Assembly: GCF_001194135.2 (NCBI RefSeq) | Contig: NC_068981.1 | Coordinates: 79,407,610-79,451,582, forward strand | Source: Octopus bimaculoides | Lineage: Eukaryota | Direction of reading: 5' to 3' | Length of the DNA stretch: 43,973 nt | Shown here: positions 33,040-43,973 of the stretch, piece by piece | Numbering within the stretch: position 1 is the stretch's first letter | Layout: the number at the start of each line of letters is the position of its first letter | The notes under the pieces: generated by a model | What the model saw: the letters and a program-made list of their open reading frames with translations, nothing else | What the model was told of the DNA's origin: nothing | Databases searched by the model: none | Program-made: the position numbers and the translations under genes

Positions 33040-36000
33040 TAATAGTAATAATCCTTTCTACTATAGGCACAAGGTCTAAAATTTTGGGGGAGGCTAAGTG
33101 ATAACATCAACCCCAGAACTCAACTGGTACTTATTTTATGGACCTTGAAGGGCTGAAAGGCAAAGTTGACCTTGGTGATATAAAATGTAAAGCCAGATGA
33201 AGTGCTTCTAAGCATTTTGCTTGATGCAGTAATGATCCTGCCACCTTGCTGCCTTAAGAGTAGTAACAATAATAATAATAATAATAATCCTTTCTACAAT
33301 AGGTTCAAGACCTGAAATTTTTGGGGAGGGAGCTAGTTGATTACATTGATCTAGTGTTTAACTGGTACTTATTTCACCGACACAAAAGGATAAAAGGCAA
33401 ATAATGATAAAGAAGTGAAATAGAACCAGTGCAAAATTACTCTCCTGAGATACAGCTACAATAAACATAAACAATATTGGTTAATCCCATAATACTCAGA
33501 TAAATAAGTAGGCACAAGGGATTTCTTCCTTTTGTGTCTTAGCCAGTAATACTGTTGGTGGTTCTACTTATGCATGAGAAGATTTGAGTACAACATTACA
33601 ACACTATAAACTGACAAGGCAACAGCTATATGTTGCATCTTCCACTCATAGCAGTTGAATTATGCTTATTAATATTTTCTTCAATTTTTTTGTCAAAAGC
33701 TCATTTTTCTAATCTAGCATTGGTTAGAGGATTACATATAACTGAGATGTTTTACAGTTGGATGCTTTTCTTTTGCTAACCCTTGCTTGTTTCCCAAATA
33801 AGAGAGCAGAGAGCCTTCATTACACTCATCCTTGAAAGCTCAGCTACCAGGTAATTAGTTGACAGAAAAATGTTGACAAACGTTACCATCCATAGCTCAG
33901 CTGTGCACAGAAATGCAAACATTCACACTGACAGACACACATGCACACAAACCACACTACATCACGCACACCACATCACACACACACGACAGGTTTTGTA
34001 AAGTTTCCATCTGCCAAATTCACTCACAAAGCATTGGTCAGTCCAGGCTATAAAACAAGTCACTTTCTTGAGGTGCCATGCAGTGGGACTGAACTTGAAA
34101 TCATATCCATGTCTACACCAACAATAATTATATATATTTATTCTACTGGGGATAACACTAGAATAACTGAACCTTGAAGCTGACAGCTTGGGTATATATG
34201 ATTGATTGAATCAAGCTTATGAGGATTGATTCAGACAATCAAACTATTGAATCAGAGAGAAAGAGAACAATTAAAAAAAGAAAGAGGATCTCTAACTTTC
34301 ATTATTCAATCTTATTAATTATCTGTAATTTGCATGACAAAATAACAGGGTTTTTTTAAATATGAATAACACCATAATACAGTTGATGCATAAATAAGAA
34401 CATAAATAATTGATGGCGTATAAATAATAGCAGAACAGCTGCAATTATGTAAATAATAATACAACAGCTGCTTCCAGATAGTAATATCTCTGGTTTCTCG
34501 TCTCAACACAAGGTTACCAATTTGGACTCCAGGATCTGCCTGATACTAGTTTTATCAAACCTGAAGTGATGAAAGTGAAAGTGAAAATACCCCCAGTGGT
34601 ATTTGAACTCAAAATATACAAAGGAAAATCAGTATCATAAACCATTATCTGGCATCGCCATTATTTCTGTCAGAATCAATTATAAGACAGATTAGAAATT
34701 ATTGCTATAAAAACATTCATCATCATCATTATCATATCACCATTGTTTTAATGTTCATTTTGGCATTCTTGCAGGGGTCAGACAGAATTTGTAGAGACAG
34801 ATTTTGTATGGCTGGATGCCCTTCCTGTCACTGACCATCACCTGCTTCCAAACAAGATAATATTTTGCTATGGCCAGACATGCTTCCATGGAAAATTTGA
34901 AACAAAGGATACAACTTGTATGATGGTAACCCTTGTACACAATTTTCACATGATGTCAACACAAGGAGACACACACACATACACAATGGGCTTCTTTCAG
35001 ATTCCATTTACCAAATTTACAAGAGTTTGATTAGCCCAAGACTACATTAGAAGACACTTGTCCAAGGTACCATGCAGTCGAACAGAACCTAAAATCACAT
35101 ATTGGGAAGCAAACTTCTTAACCACACAGCCATGCTACACATTTTAGCTATTAGAATAAGGTCACAAATGTGTAGAGTAGGGGAATAGGGATATAGTTGA
35201 ATGACTATACTCTGAAGAAATGAAATGCTAAACCAGCCCAGGGTGGACTGAACTCAAAGTAAATGAATGTAAGCAAGACATTACAGTCTCTTTCACTCCG
35301 TTCCTGTTTTAGCCAGCAATAATAATAATAATCCTTTCTACTAAAAGCACAAGACCTGAAATTGTTGGGGAGAGGACTAGTTGATCACATTGACCCTAGT
35401 GTTTCACTGGTATTTAATTTATTGACCCCGAAAGGATGAAAGGCAAGATACCGTTAAGCATTTCATCCAGCATGCTCACAATTCTGCCAGCTCACTGCCT
35501 TTTCCATGATAATAATAATAATAATAATAATAACAAGAGCACTCAGAGAGTGCAAGCTTCCACCAAGGCAACACCAACATCTTCTCAACGATTAGCCGGA
35601 GATGATTTTTTAAAATGAGAATACCTGAAATAAACTCAACTGCTCTCACAAACAAGAATACTAAAAATGAACCTGACCACTCTCAAAAATTAAGTAAAAA
35701 AAGAGGAAAAGTAATCCAGAATCCTTGTCTGGTACCAGGTTGATCCCAAAATCTAATCAGTTTGTGCCAGTCATGAGGTCAAACATCCCTGAAAGTTTCA
35801 TCCAAATCCATCCAGCAATTCTTGAAATATCTTGTCCACAGACAAACAAATACAACTGAAAACAATACCTCTGCCTTCACTAAGGCAGAGGTAATAATAC
35901 TTGCACATACCTAAGGAACACAAGTGCTGATGAAGAGCTTGCAGTAAGTTGTCGTGAAAGGTAACAGTACTAATAATGGGTTCTGATTTAGGGACATAGC

Positions 36001-36700
36001 CAGCAATGTTTAAGGGCTGTGAATTGGCTGATGCCATCAATCTTAATATTTGACGGGTACTTTATTTTATCAACCCTGGAGGGATGAAAGGCAAGGTTAG
36101 TCTCAGCATTATTTGAAATCAGAACAATAAGAGCCAGGAAAAAAAGTTCCTAACACAGATACAATGCCAGAAATTTAGTGGGAGAGGAACAGTTGATTAT
36201 ACCCCGGCCCCTGTACTTTATTTTGTTGATCCCTGAAGGGCAATAACAATGACAACAATAATAATGGTTCCTGATTTAGATACAAGGCCTGTGATTTTGA
36301 AAAGTGGATTTAGTTGGTACCATCACCCCAGAACTTGACTGGTACTTTATTTCAACAATCTCAAAAGGAAGAAAGGTAAAGTTGACCTCGATGAGATTTG
36401 AACTCAGAATACAAAGAACTGGAAGAAATATTGTAAAGCATTTTTTCTGATGCTCTAACAAGTCTACCAGTGCAACAAATGTTTCAAAATTTGGCACAAG
36501 GTCAACAATTTTAGAAGAGATGGGGTTAGTCAAATACATCAACCCCAATACTTGACTTGTATTTTATTTTACTGACCCTGAAAAATAAAAAAGCAAACTT
36601 GACCTTGGCAGTATTCGAACTTGGAACATAAAGAGCTGCAAAAAATGCAACTAAGCATTTTGCTTGACATAGTTTCAATTCTGCCAGCTCACTCACTTAG
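33040..36700 (-). repeat. Cluster of at least seven same-orientation SINE family B fragments linked to (AAT)n tracts
   Basis: The CCCCAG..AACTGGTACTTATTTTAT.GACCC..AAGG core recurs at ~33110, 33350, 35395, 36055, 36200, 36325 and 36545, mostly after AATAATAAT(CCTTTCTAC). Confidence 0.8.
35532..35894 (+). mobile_element. Helentron-like (DINE/HINE-type) non-autonomous element
   Basis: Starts AACAAGAGCACTCAGAGAG inside (AAT)n and ends in a perfect 12-bp hairpin TACCTCTGCCTT-CACT-AAGGCAGAGGTA (35866-35893). There are no long TIRs. Confidence 0.55.
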
Positions 36701-37789
36701 CATTTAAAAACAATAATGATGATAATGTTATGATGATGATGAATCTCATTGTTATCATTAATCACCACTACCCCAGTCATTCATTAAAAAAAATTTATAA
36801 GATAAGCTCCACTGCTTGTGTATTATAGCAGCTACATAAATTAAACCACTCATCTGAATGAGTTTCTTAAATCTGCCTACATTGAACAACCACACATGAT
36901 CAAACTGGCACCTTAATTATTTACGTTAGTGAATTAAAGAATAGTGATGCTTGCAAAACATGTTAATCTCATACTATTTTTACAATGTAAAATACAGGAG
37001 TATTGAAAATACTGTTTGTTTAGATGAGAATATATCCTTTACTAAAACATGAGTGACCTTTTGAAAGCTAATTATATATCATTCAGCTGCTTTCATTTTC
37101 TTCCTAAGACATCAATATCAACAACATTAATTAATCATAAAGTTATTTGGCATATGGTTTGCAATGACTAAATGAGTTGCCGCAAGCACCAACAAACACA
37201 TTAACACATCAAGCATGACTGGATGGTTAAGAAGTTTGTTTGTAATCCCCAGGTTAAAGGTTCAATGTTACAGTGTGTCCCTTTGGACAAATGTCTTCTA
37301 CTATAATCTAGAGTCAATCTAGGCATTGTGAGTGAAACTGAATAGACAGAAATAGTTTAGAAGCCTAAACAGTCCTTGTTTCATATGAACAGCCCCTATG
37401 TCCTTTAAGGTAATCTTAATCCATCACCTAATTCAATACCTTCAGCTAACCACTGTGTATCTCCTGAGGTCTACTCTAGTGCAATAGATACAGGCTTTTC
37501 CTCTCTGACTAAACCATACATAAACATTTTATAAAATGCACACCAGAACACTGTCTAAAAACCAAAATATCACCCATTTGATAACACAGACCCAATCATC
37601 ATCATCATCATCATTTAACATCTGTTTTTCATGCTGGATTGGAGAGTTCAACAGGAGATGGAGAGCCAAAGAACTGTGTCAAGCTCCAATGTCAGACTTG
37701 ACATGGTTTCTGTGTCAACTGCTTGACACAGTGTACTGGGTAGGTTTTATGTGGTAACAGCACTAGTGAGATTACCAAGTGACATGACA

Positions 37790-38105
37790 AAAAGTATTAA
37801 CAGGAGAGGAATAGTATTGAGGGAGGTGGCTTTATGCCAAGTGATGAGCAGTGGAAGTACGATAAGGCAACAGGAACAGGTGTCTTGCAGTAGGAGAGTA
37901 GAGATATATTGACATGGAGAAGGTATTTGATAGGGTACCACACTCAATAACTTGGTGGTTAGTAAGAAAACTAGGTGTAGGTGAATGACTATAAAGATGC
38001 AATAAATGAAAGCCAACAATGAGTTCAGTGGCAAATTTTGCATGAGGGCAGGAGTCCATCAAGGCTTAGTCATTTAGTGGTAATACCTGAGGGACCAGGT
38101 GTCTT
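37790..38105 (+). mobile_element. RTE RT fragment
   Basis: IDMEKVFDRVPHSITWWLVRKLGV...FCMRAGVHQGLV. Confidence 0.7.
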
Positions 38106-39867
38106 CCATAACATAAATATTCAAGTACAAATACACATATGATGAGCACTGGCAGAGATGGGGTTAATTTCCATTTCCTTTACATTGTTAATTTCACCCC
38201 CTACTTGAATCCAGTCAGACTAAAACCCATAAGGGATTGATGTCTTAAATTATGGAAAACTTGAGCAATTAATTTATCACTTTCTTCACCCCACTCAGAG
38301 AGAGAGAGAGAGGGGGGAGAGTGAGAAAGAGACAGACAGACAGACAGACAAAGAGACACAGTTAAATTGAAAATATATGGAACAATTAATACTGACAACA
38401 GCGTTTGTAGTTAGCAGCAATAATACTGATGTTGCCACTGATGATTGAGGTAATGATGATGATAGTGATGTTAGCATCATGTACTGATGCTAACAGTGAT
38501 AGTCATCCTGGTGTTGATGATGGTGACAGTGATGATGATAAAGTGAAGGAGGAAGTAGAAATTACATAATAATCTAATACCATTTGGCACACTGCAACTA
38601 CAAGTTTCATCTGGGGATGAAATAATAATGACAATAAACAAAAACATATGCGTTTAGAAATTAATAATTCAAGGTCGGTTTTAATTTTCACCATTTACAT
38701 GTGATATTGTGATTGCATGTATGTGAACCTGCATAGTTATAATCAGTCAGTCAATTTGTCTGCCTGTGTATTCTTAACCTGCACTTGAATATTACACCCA
38801 AAGTAAAGCGTAGCAAAAACAAATGACTTTGAAGAGAAATCCTAGAAGTAAACAAAACTAATGTCACATCACAAGAAGGAATTCTGCAGTGCATTCTCAT
38901 AAAATCTAGCTGCCATTCTTCAGCGGGTACGAAATGCTAAAGGTACATTCATTGCTTAGAGTAACTACATTGCTAGGAGAACATAAAATGTATATTGGTT
39001 TACTTGGAAGGAAGACTGAAAGAACACTGAAGACATTTTAAATTAAAGTGAAAAGGGAAAGGGAGAGAGAGAGAGGTGAGGGGAAGGTGAATGATAGAGA
39101 AAGATAGATAGAGAGCTGGTATCACAGTATTTGTAAATGCATCTAGAAATAGATACCATTTTGTGTCTATGATATACTACTCAATAATACCAAAAACATA
39201 TCCATTGTTGTCAATATCTCTGATTACAAAGATCAGGTTTTCTCATTAAGCATGAGAATTACCATATATCATAGCATACAAGAAACATATCTCTCCCTCC
39301 CAAAAAAAGGTCACAAAAAAAAGAAAAAGAAAAAGAATCACCCTGGGCTCTATATGTCAAATTGGGTTATTACTACATATTTTAATGCACTAAAAACATT
39401 TAACTTGAATATAAGCTACTTACATTGGGGTGCATTTACGATGTCTGGGCATCTTTTATGCCACCAAATACGATGACTATTTTGAACTAATTCTTAATTT
39501 ATTTTAATTATCTCTTTCTTTCTTTGTGAACGACTAATGAATGCTGCTAGGTTTCTGGTTGTTTTCTCAAAGTAACATGAATATTTTTTTTAATTTCTGA
39601 AAAAATTTTTTATGCCTTCAAATTTGATGCCATTGGCTTATTTAAGTTGTTTCCCTCACTTCGCTTTTTTTGTTATGTAAACTGTTGCTGCCATGAATAA
39701 TTTACAGTACTTTTACCATATATAAAGACCTATCAATGATCAAGTGGATTTATTGTCTTAACTTCAAAAGGAAATATTTCCACCTGCCAAAAATCATAAA
39801 TCATCAGAATATGGCATGGAGCTCCATACCTGTAAAAGATAGTACATGAAGAGAAAGCGGGAAAAAT

Positions 39868-39903
<36 letters not shown>

Positions 39904-41555
39904 GTTTATTCCTTTTACCATTCTTATTAAGCATGAGGATAAAATCTATTAGAAATAATTCTTAATCTATTGAAATTCCACTAATTAACTTTGTGAGTTG
40001 TTAATAAATGCTGCCAGGATTTTTTTCTTTCTCCAAGAAGAAAATTTCAATTCTATTCTTTTTAAGAACACACACACACACACACATATTTGTAGCACAC
40101 AATGTGACAAGGCTGGCCTTTTGAAATACAGGTGCGACTCATTTTTGCCAGCTGAATGGACTTTTACATTTACATATAGGCACAGACATGGCTGTGTGGT
40201 TAAGAAGCTTGCTTCCTAACCATGTGATTTCCGGTTCAATCCCATTGTGTGGTATCTTAAGTAGTTATCTTCCACTATAGCCCCAGACCAACCAATGCTT
40301 GTTTTTATTTGGTAGATAGAAACTGGAAGAAACCCATTATATATATATAACAACTAGCCATGAGGTCTTTTCTCCCTCCATTTTGAAGGGAGGTTATAGG
40401 CCACCAGCCATTAGCATCTGTAATGTCAAGCATTTTATGGCCATGAAACCTAAGGTAACTCCATAGACTGGTCATAACTATCTTTATTATTATTTTATAA
40501 CTTTTGTATTTATGATTTACTGATAATACATAGACACACACACACACACACATACATACATACATATGTGTGTGTGTGTGTGTGTGTGTGCACGTGCATA
40601 TGTGTGTGTACCCTTGTCTACATGGTGATTGATGTAAACAAGCATCACTGTCAGATTAGCAGTGTTGTTCATCTCCAGTCTTTCACTGAAAAACATGCCT
40701 GGCCATGGGGAAATATTACCTTGCTTGGAAACAGGTAAGGGTTGGCAAAAAGAAGAGCATTTGGTTACAGAAAATCTGTCTCAACATGCATAGAAAAGTG
40801 GACACGACACATTTCCCTATACTTAGTTCAAACTTACAACGTTTGTATCTTTATATTTCTAATGAAAGGCTTCAACATTGAACAAATTCAAACTTGTATA
40901 AACCATTGTAGTGATAAACAAAAAATGCATGCAAAATAATATCCAAATGGTTGAAAAGTATTATCAATTAAAAGCTTGCAACACCAAAAAAATGCTCCCT
41001 TTTTGAAATGCAGTTCAATATATATATATACATACACACGCATGTGTATACTGGATGCTCTGTCATTTGTCAGGGACTTGTTTCATTATATGACATACTG
41101 GTGCTGGTACCACGTAAAAAGCACTCACGCTGGTACCACGTAAAAAGCACTCATGCTGGTGCTACATAAAAAGCTCCCAGCACACACTGTAAAGTGGTTG
41201 GCATTTGGAAGAGCATCCAGCCACAGAAACCAAGCCAAATCAGACTGGAACCTGATGTAGCTCTCCGGCTTGCCAGCTCTGATCAAACTGTCTAACCCAT
41301 ACCAGTATGGAAACAGCCATTAAAAGATGATGATGGTATTTTATACAGAGTCAGTAATTGTATCGGGGAGAGGTAATTTTTGGCATTGAAAACAAAACTC
41401 TGGTTACATGAATAATCTATGGTTGTTGTTAACTAATTGCCTCTGTGCCCCCAAACTTGTGATTAATTATTATCCTTCTAAATGCTTGACTGGCTATCTC
41501 TGCACTTGCAAAATTCTTACAGGCTACATAATTTGTTTGGCTATTTCTATGCTTT

Positions 41556-42000
41556 CTAAGGCAGAGAGCTGGCAGAAACGTTAGCACACTGGGCAAAATG
41601 CTTAGCGGTATTCCATCTGCCATTACATTCTGAGTTCAAATTCCGCCGACGTTGACTTTGCCTTTCATCCTTTTGGGGTCGATAAATTAAGTACCAGTTA
41701 CGCACTGGGGTTGATGTAATCGACTTAATCCCTTTGTCTGTCCTTGTTTGTCCCTTCTAGGTTTAGCCCCTTGTGGGCAATAAAGAAATAAGAAATGTTA
41801 GCACACTGGGTGAAATGCTTAGAGGTATTTCATCTGTCTTTACATTCTGATTTCAAATTCCGCCAAGGTTGACTTTGCCTTTTATCCTTTCAGGGTTGAT
41901 AAATTAAGTACCAGTTGTGTACTGGGGATCGATCTAATCAACTGGCCTCCTCCCGAAAAATTTCGGGCTTTGTGCCCAGAGTAGAAGAGAATATTTCTAT
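41556..42000 (+). mobile_element. Tandem dimer of SINE family B: full copy (41556-41795) plus head-truncated copy with a different tail
   Basis: The head GAGCTGGCAGAAACGTTAGC and B-box-like GAGTTCAAATTCC are followed by the core GACTTTGCCTTTCATCCTTT.GGGGTCGATAAATTAAGTACCAGTT, which resembles the Meta/MESC central SINE domain as I recall it. The second unit begins at AGAAA|TGTTAGC. Confidence 0.85.
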
Positions 42001-43813
42001 GCTTTCTCTCTCTCTCTTCATGTGCCATGCCTATGGGTTTCAGTAAACATGGTGCTCCATGCCAAAGTCTGAAGATTTGTAACTTTTCTTGGAAAAGATA
42101 CAACAGTGGTTTCCTGTTGCTATCTCCTAGTTTGTTTATGATTTATTCTGATTGTCCTTTGCTCTTCAAGCTAACCCTTAAGGTATAGAGCCTTATTTAA
42201 CTTTTAGGAAGGAGGAGCGATTCACATGACATCAGGGCATGCCTACACACCAGTAGACCTACATGACATATGTCTAAGGGGTCGACCCTCCTCCAAGTCT
42301 TGTATGACCATCTTCAGGTATATGATCCACAATTGGAGCCCTTGACAGGTACTTCCACCCTGAGCAGACCTGGGAGTAATAGTTGAATGAAAAGGATAAT
42401 TTCACACTCCCTAAAACACCTGAACTCCTTCACTGGACCCTCAGAACCAGAAGCAGTGTAATGTTTTGTCTTAACATTTAAGAAAGATTAAAAATTTCAA
42501 TTACATCTCATTCATCATCATCATCATCATCATCATTTAATGTTCCCTTTTCCATGCTTGCATGAACCAGACATAACTTGTTGAGGCAGATTTACAGTTG
42601 GATCCCCTACCTGTCACCAACCCTCACCTGTTTACAAGCAAGATGATATTTTCCATGGCCAGACATGCTTTTCACTGAAGATTGTAAACAAACAAACTTG
42701 TTTATGACCTTGACATCAAATGATGTCAAGATAAAACACACACACATACACACACATGATGAGCTTCAGTTTCCATTAACCAAACCCACCTTTAAGCCTT
42801 TGGTCAGCCCAAAGGCTTCTATACTAGAAGACATTTATCCAAGGAACCATGCAGTGAGACTAAACTCAAGACCACATATTTGGGAAGCAAGTTTCTTAAC
42901 CACACAGCTACCCTTGCACCAATTCATGAAATACTATTAGAATACTAGTATATATTCTACTGAATGTAAAAGATCGAAATATCTTAATGCTTGGCAGAGT
43001 TCTAATTTGGAATAGTTCTGAGTCAGATCCTCCACACTATAAACAAAACTATGACATTAGCAAAATTCCAAAATACTAATGGATGCAATGATAGTTTCTG
43101 TTTTATTGTGTTGGTGCATTAATGGTAGTAACTGGTGTCAAGGAACGTTCTCTCGAGAAACGCAATTCTTTTTGAATGAACAGCATCTATAATTACTCAG
43201 GTACAAACACAATAGATATTCTCTCTGTATACTAGCAAGATAACTTAGTAATTATGTAAGGTAACTTGATTCAATGGAATGCAGTGAGAATTTTAACACT
43301 GATTCAATATAACCTTAAAGTGGTGAATATAACATTGATAAGTATTTAAAAAAATAAAATATATTCTGTGTATGATGAGGTTAATGGTTTGTTTTCTCAT
43401 TGAAAAATAATAATATTTGTATAACCTTTCTCTTGACAAACATATACTTCAGTTGTACTAACTCCTCAATAAACAATAGATCTGTCTAAAAATAATGCCT
43501 AATAATATCAAGTTTCACTATGGAAATAAGTAGATAATATTCTGCAACGAAGAAAAAGGCATTTTGTAAGTGTAAACAATAACAAATAATCTGAAAACAT
43601 GTACATATGTATATGTAAATTTTATATATATATATATATATATATGCGAGTAAAAATAAATACAAAAAAGGTGGTTTTTTTGTATGATTGTGTATAGAGG
43701 AATATATTATTTTGTTTAAAGGAGTTCCAACACTGTCAGTTTTTTATGTTTTATTTATATTCCTGCAGAACTAATGTGGGGTATAGAATATGGAATATAC
43801 AATATATGATATA

Positions 43814-43973
43814 ATCATCATCATCATCGTTTAACGTCCGCTTTCCATGCTAGCATGGGTTGGACGATTTGACTGAGGACTGGTGAAACCGGATGGCAAC
43901 ACCAGGCTCCAGTCTGATTTGGCAGAGTTTCTACAGCTGGATGCCCTTCCTAACGCCAACCACTCAGAGAGTG
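43814..43973 (-). mobile_element. Very young RTE 3'-UTR-derived repeat, cut by the window edge
   Basis: (ATC)n then GTTTAACGTCCGCTTTCCATGC; an exact reverse complement of 27258-27417. Confidence 0.9.

Noticed and set aside
39423-39460. Strong minus-strand donor (GTAAGT) in the long upstream arginase intron
   Set aside because: The phase-compatible frame gives KMPRHRKCTP with an upstream stop, no polypyrimidine acceptor and no arginase similarity.
43448-43485. 38-nt AG..GT segment on minus with the size and phases expected for the next arginase exon
   Set aside because: It encodes TDLLFIEELVQL, unlike the expected xPxxPGFxWxxPC, and the donor GTATAT is weak. Probably a coincidence; a cDNA alignment would settle it.
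1-43973. CRISPR arrays, tRNA/rRNA genes and prokaryotic operons
   Set aside because: There are no repeat-spacer arrays. The A/B-box motifs belong to SINE heads and do not fold as complete tRNAs. Most short ORFs in the supplied track are microsatellite or repeat artefacts.

Overview
AT-rich, microsatellite- and transposon-dense eukaryotic genomic DNA with no prokaryotic features. The SINE, RTE-tail and MITE families look like those of an octopod cephalopod (inferred from repeat content, not confirmed by a search). The minus strand carries the 3' half of an arginase gene as five coding exons (30085-30029, 26903-26799, 22569-22493, 20756-20697, 18649-18483). They splice GT-AG, in frame, into 154 aa with the GLRDVD, SFDID, GGLTYRE and DIVEVNP motifs. 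The 5' exons were not found and probably lie beyond the right edge. The plus strand carries two phase-compatible microexons (1374-1402, 2283-2333) of an unidentified convergent gene. The rest is decayed mobile DNA: several RTE-type LINE lineages, CR1, probable Penelope-like remnants, Tc1, mariner, Tigger-like, piggyBac-like and Helentron-like elements, and two abundant tRNA-type SINE families. The most notable items are: a compact type I hammerhead ribozyme with a variant core (2881-2917, minus) plus weaker hammerhead relics; a Pro-to-Gly change in the arginase signature loop; a 160/160 identical inverted repeat pair bracketing an in-frame-skippable arginase exon; a PHD-like finger inside an RTE ORF; and an internally inverted mariner. 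All alignments were done by eye and boundaries of degraded repeats are approximate.
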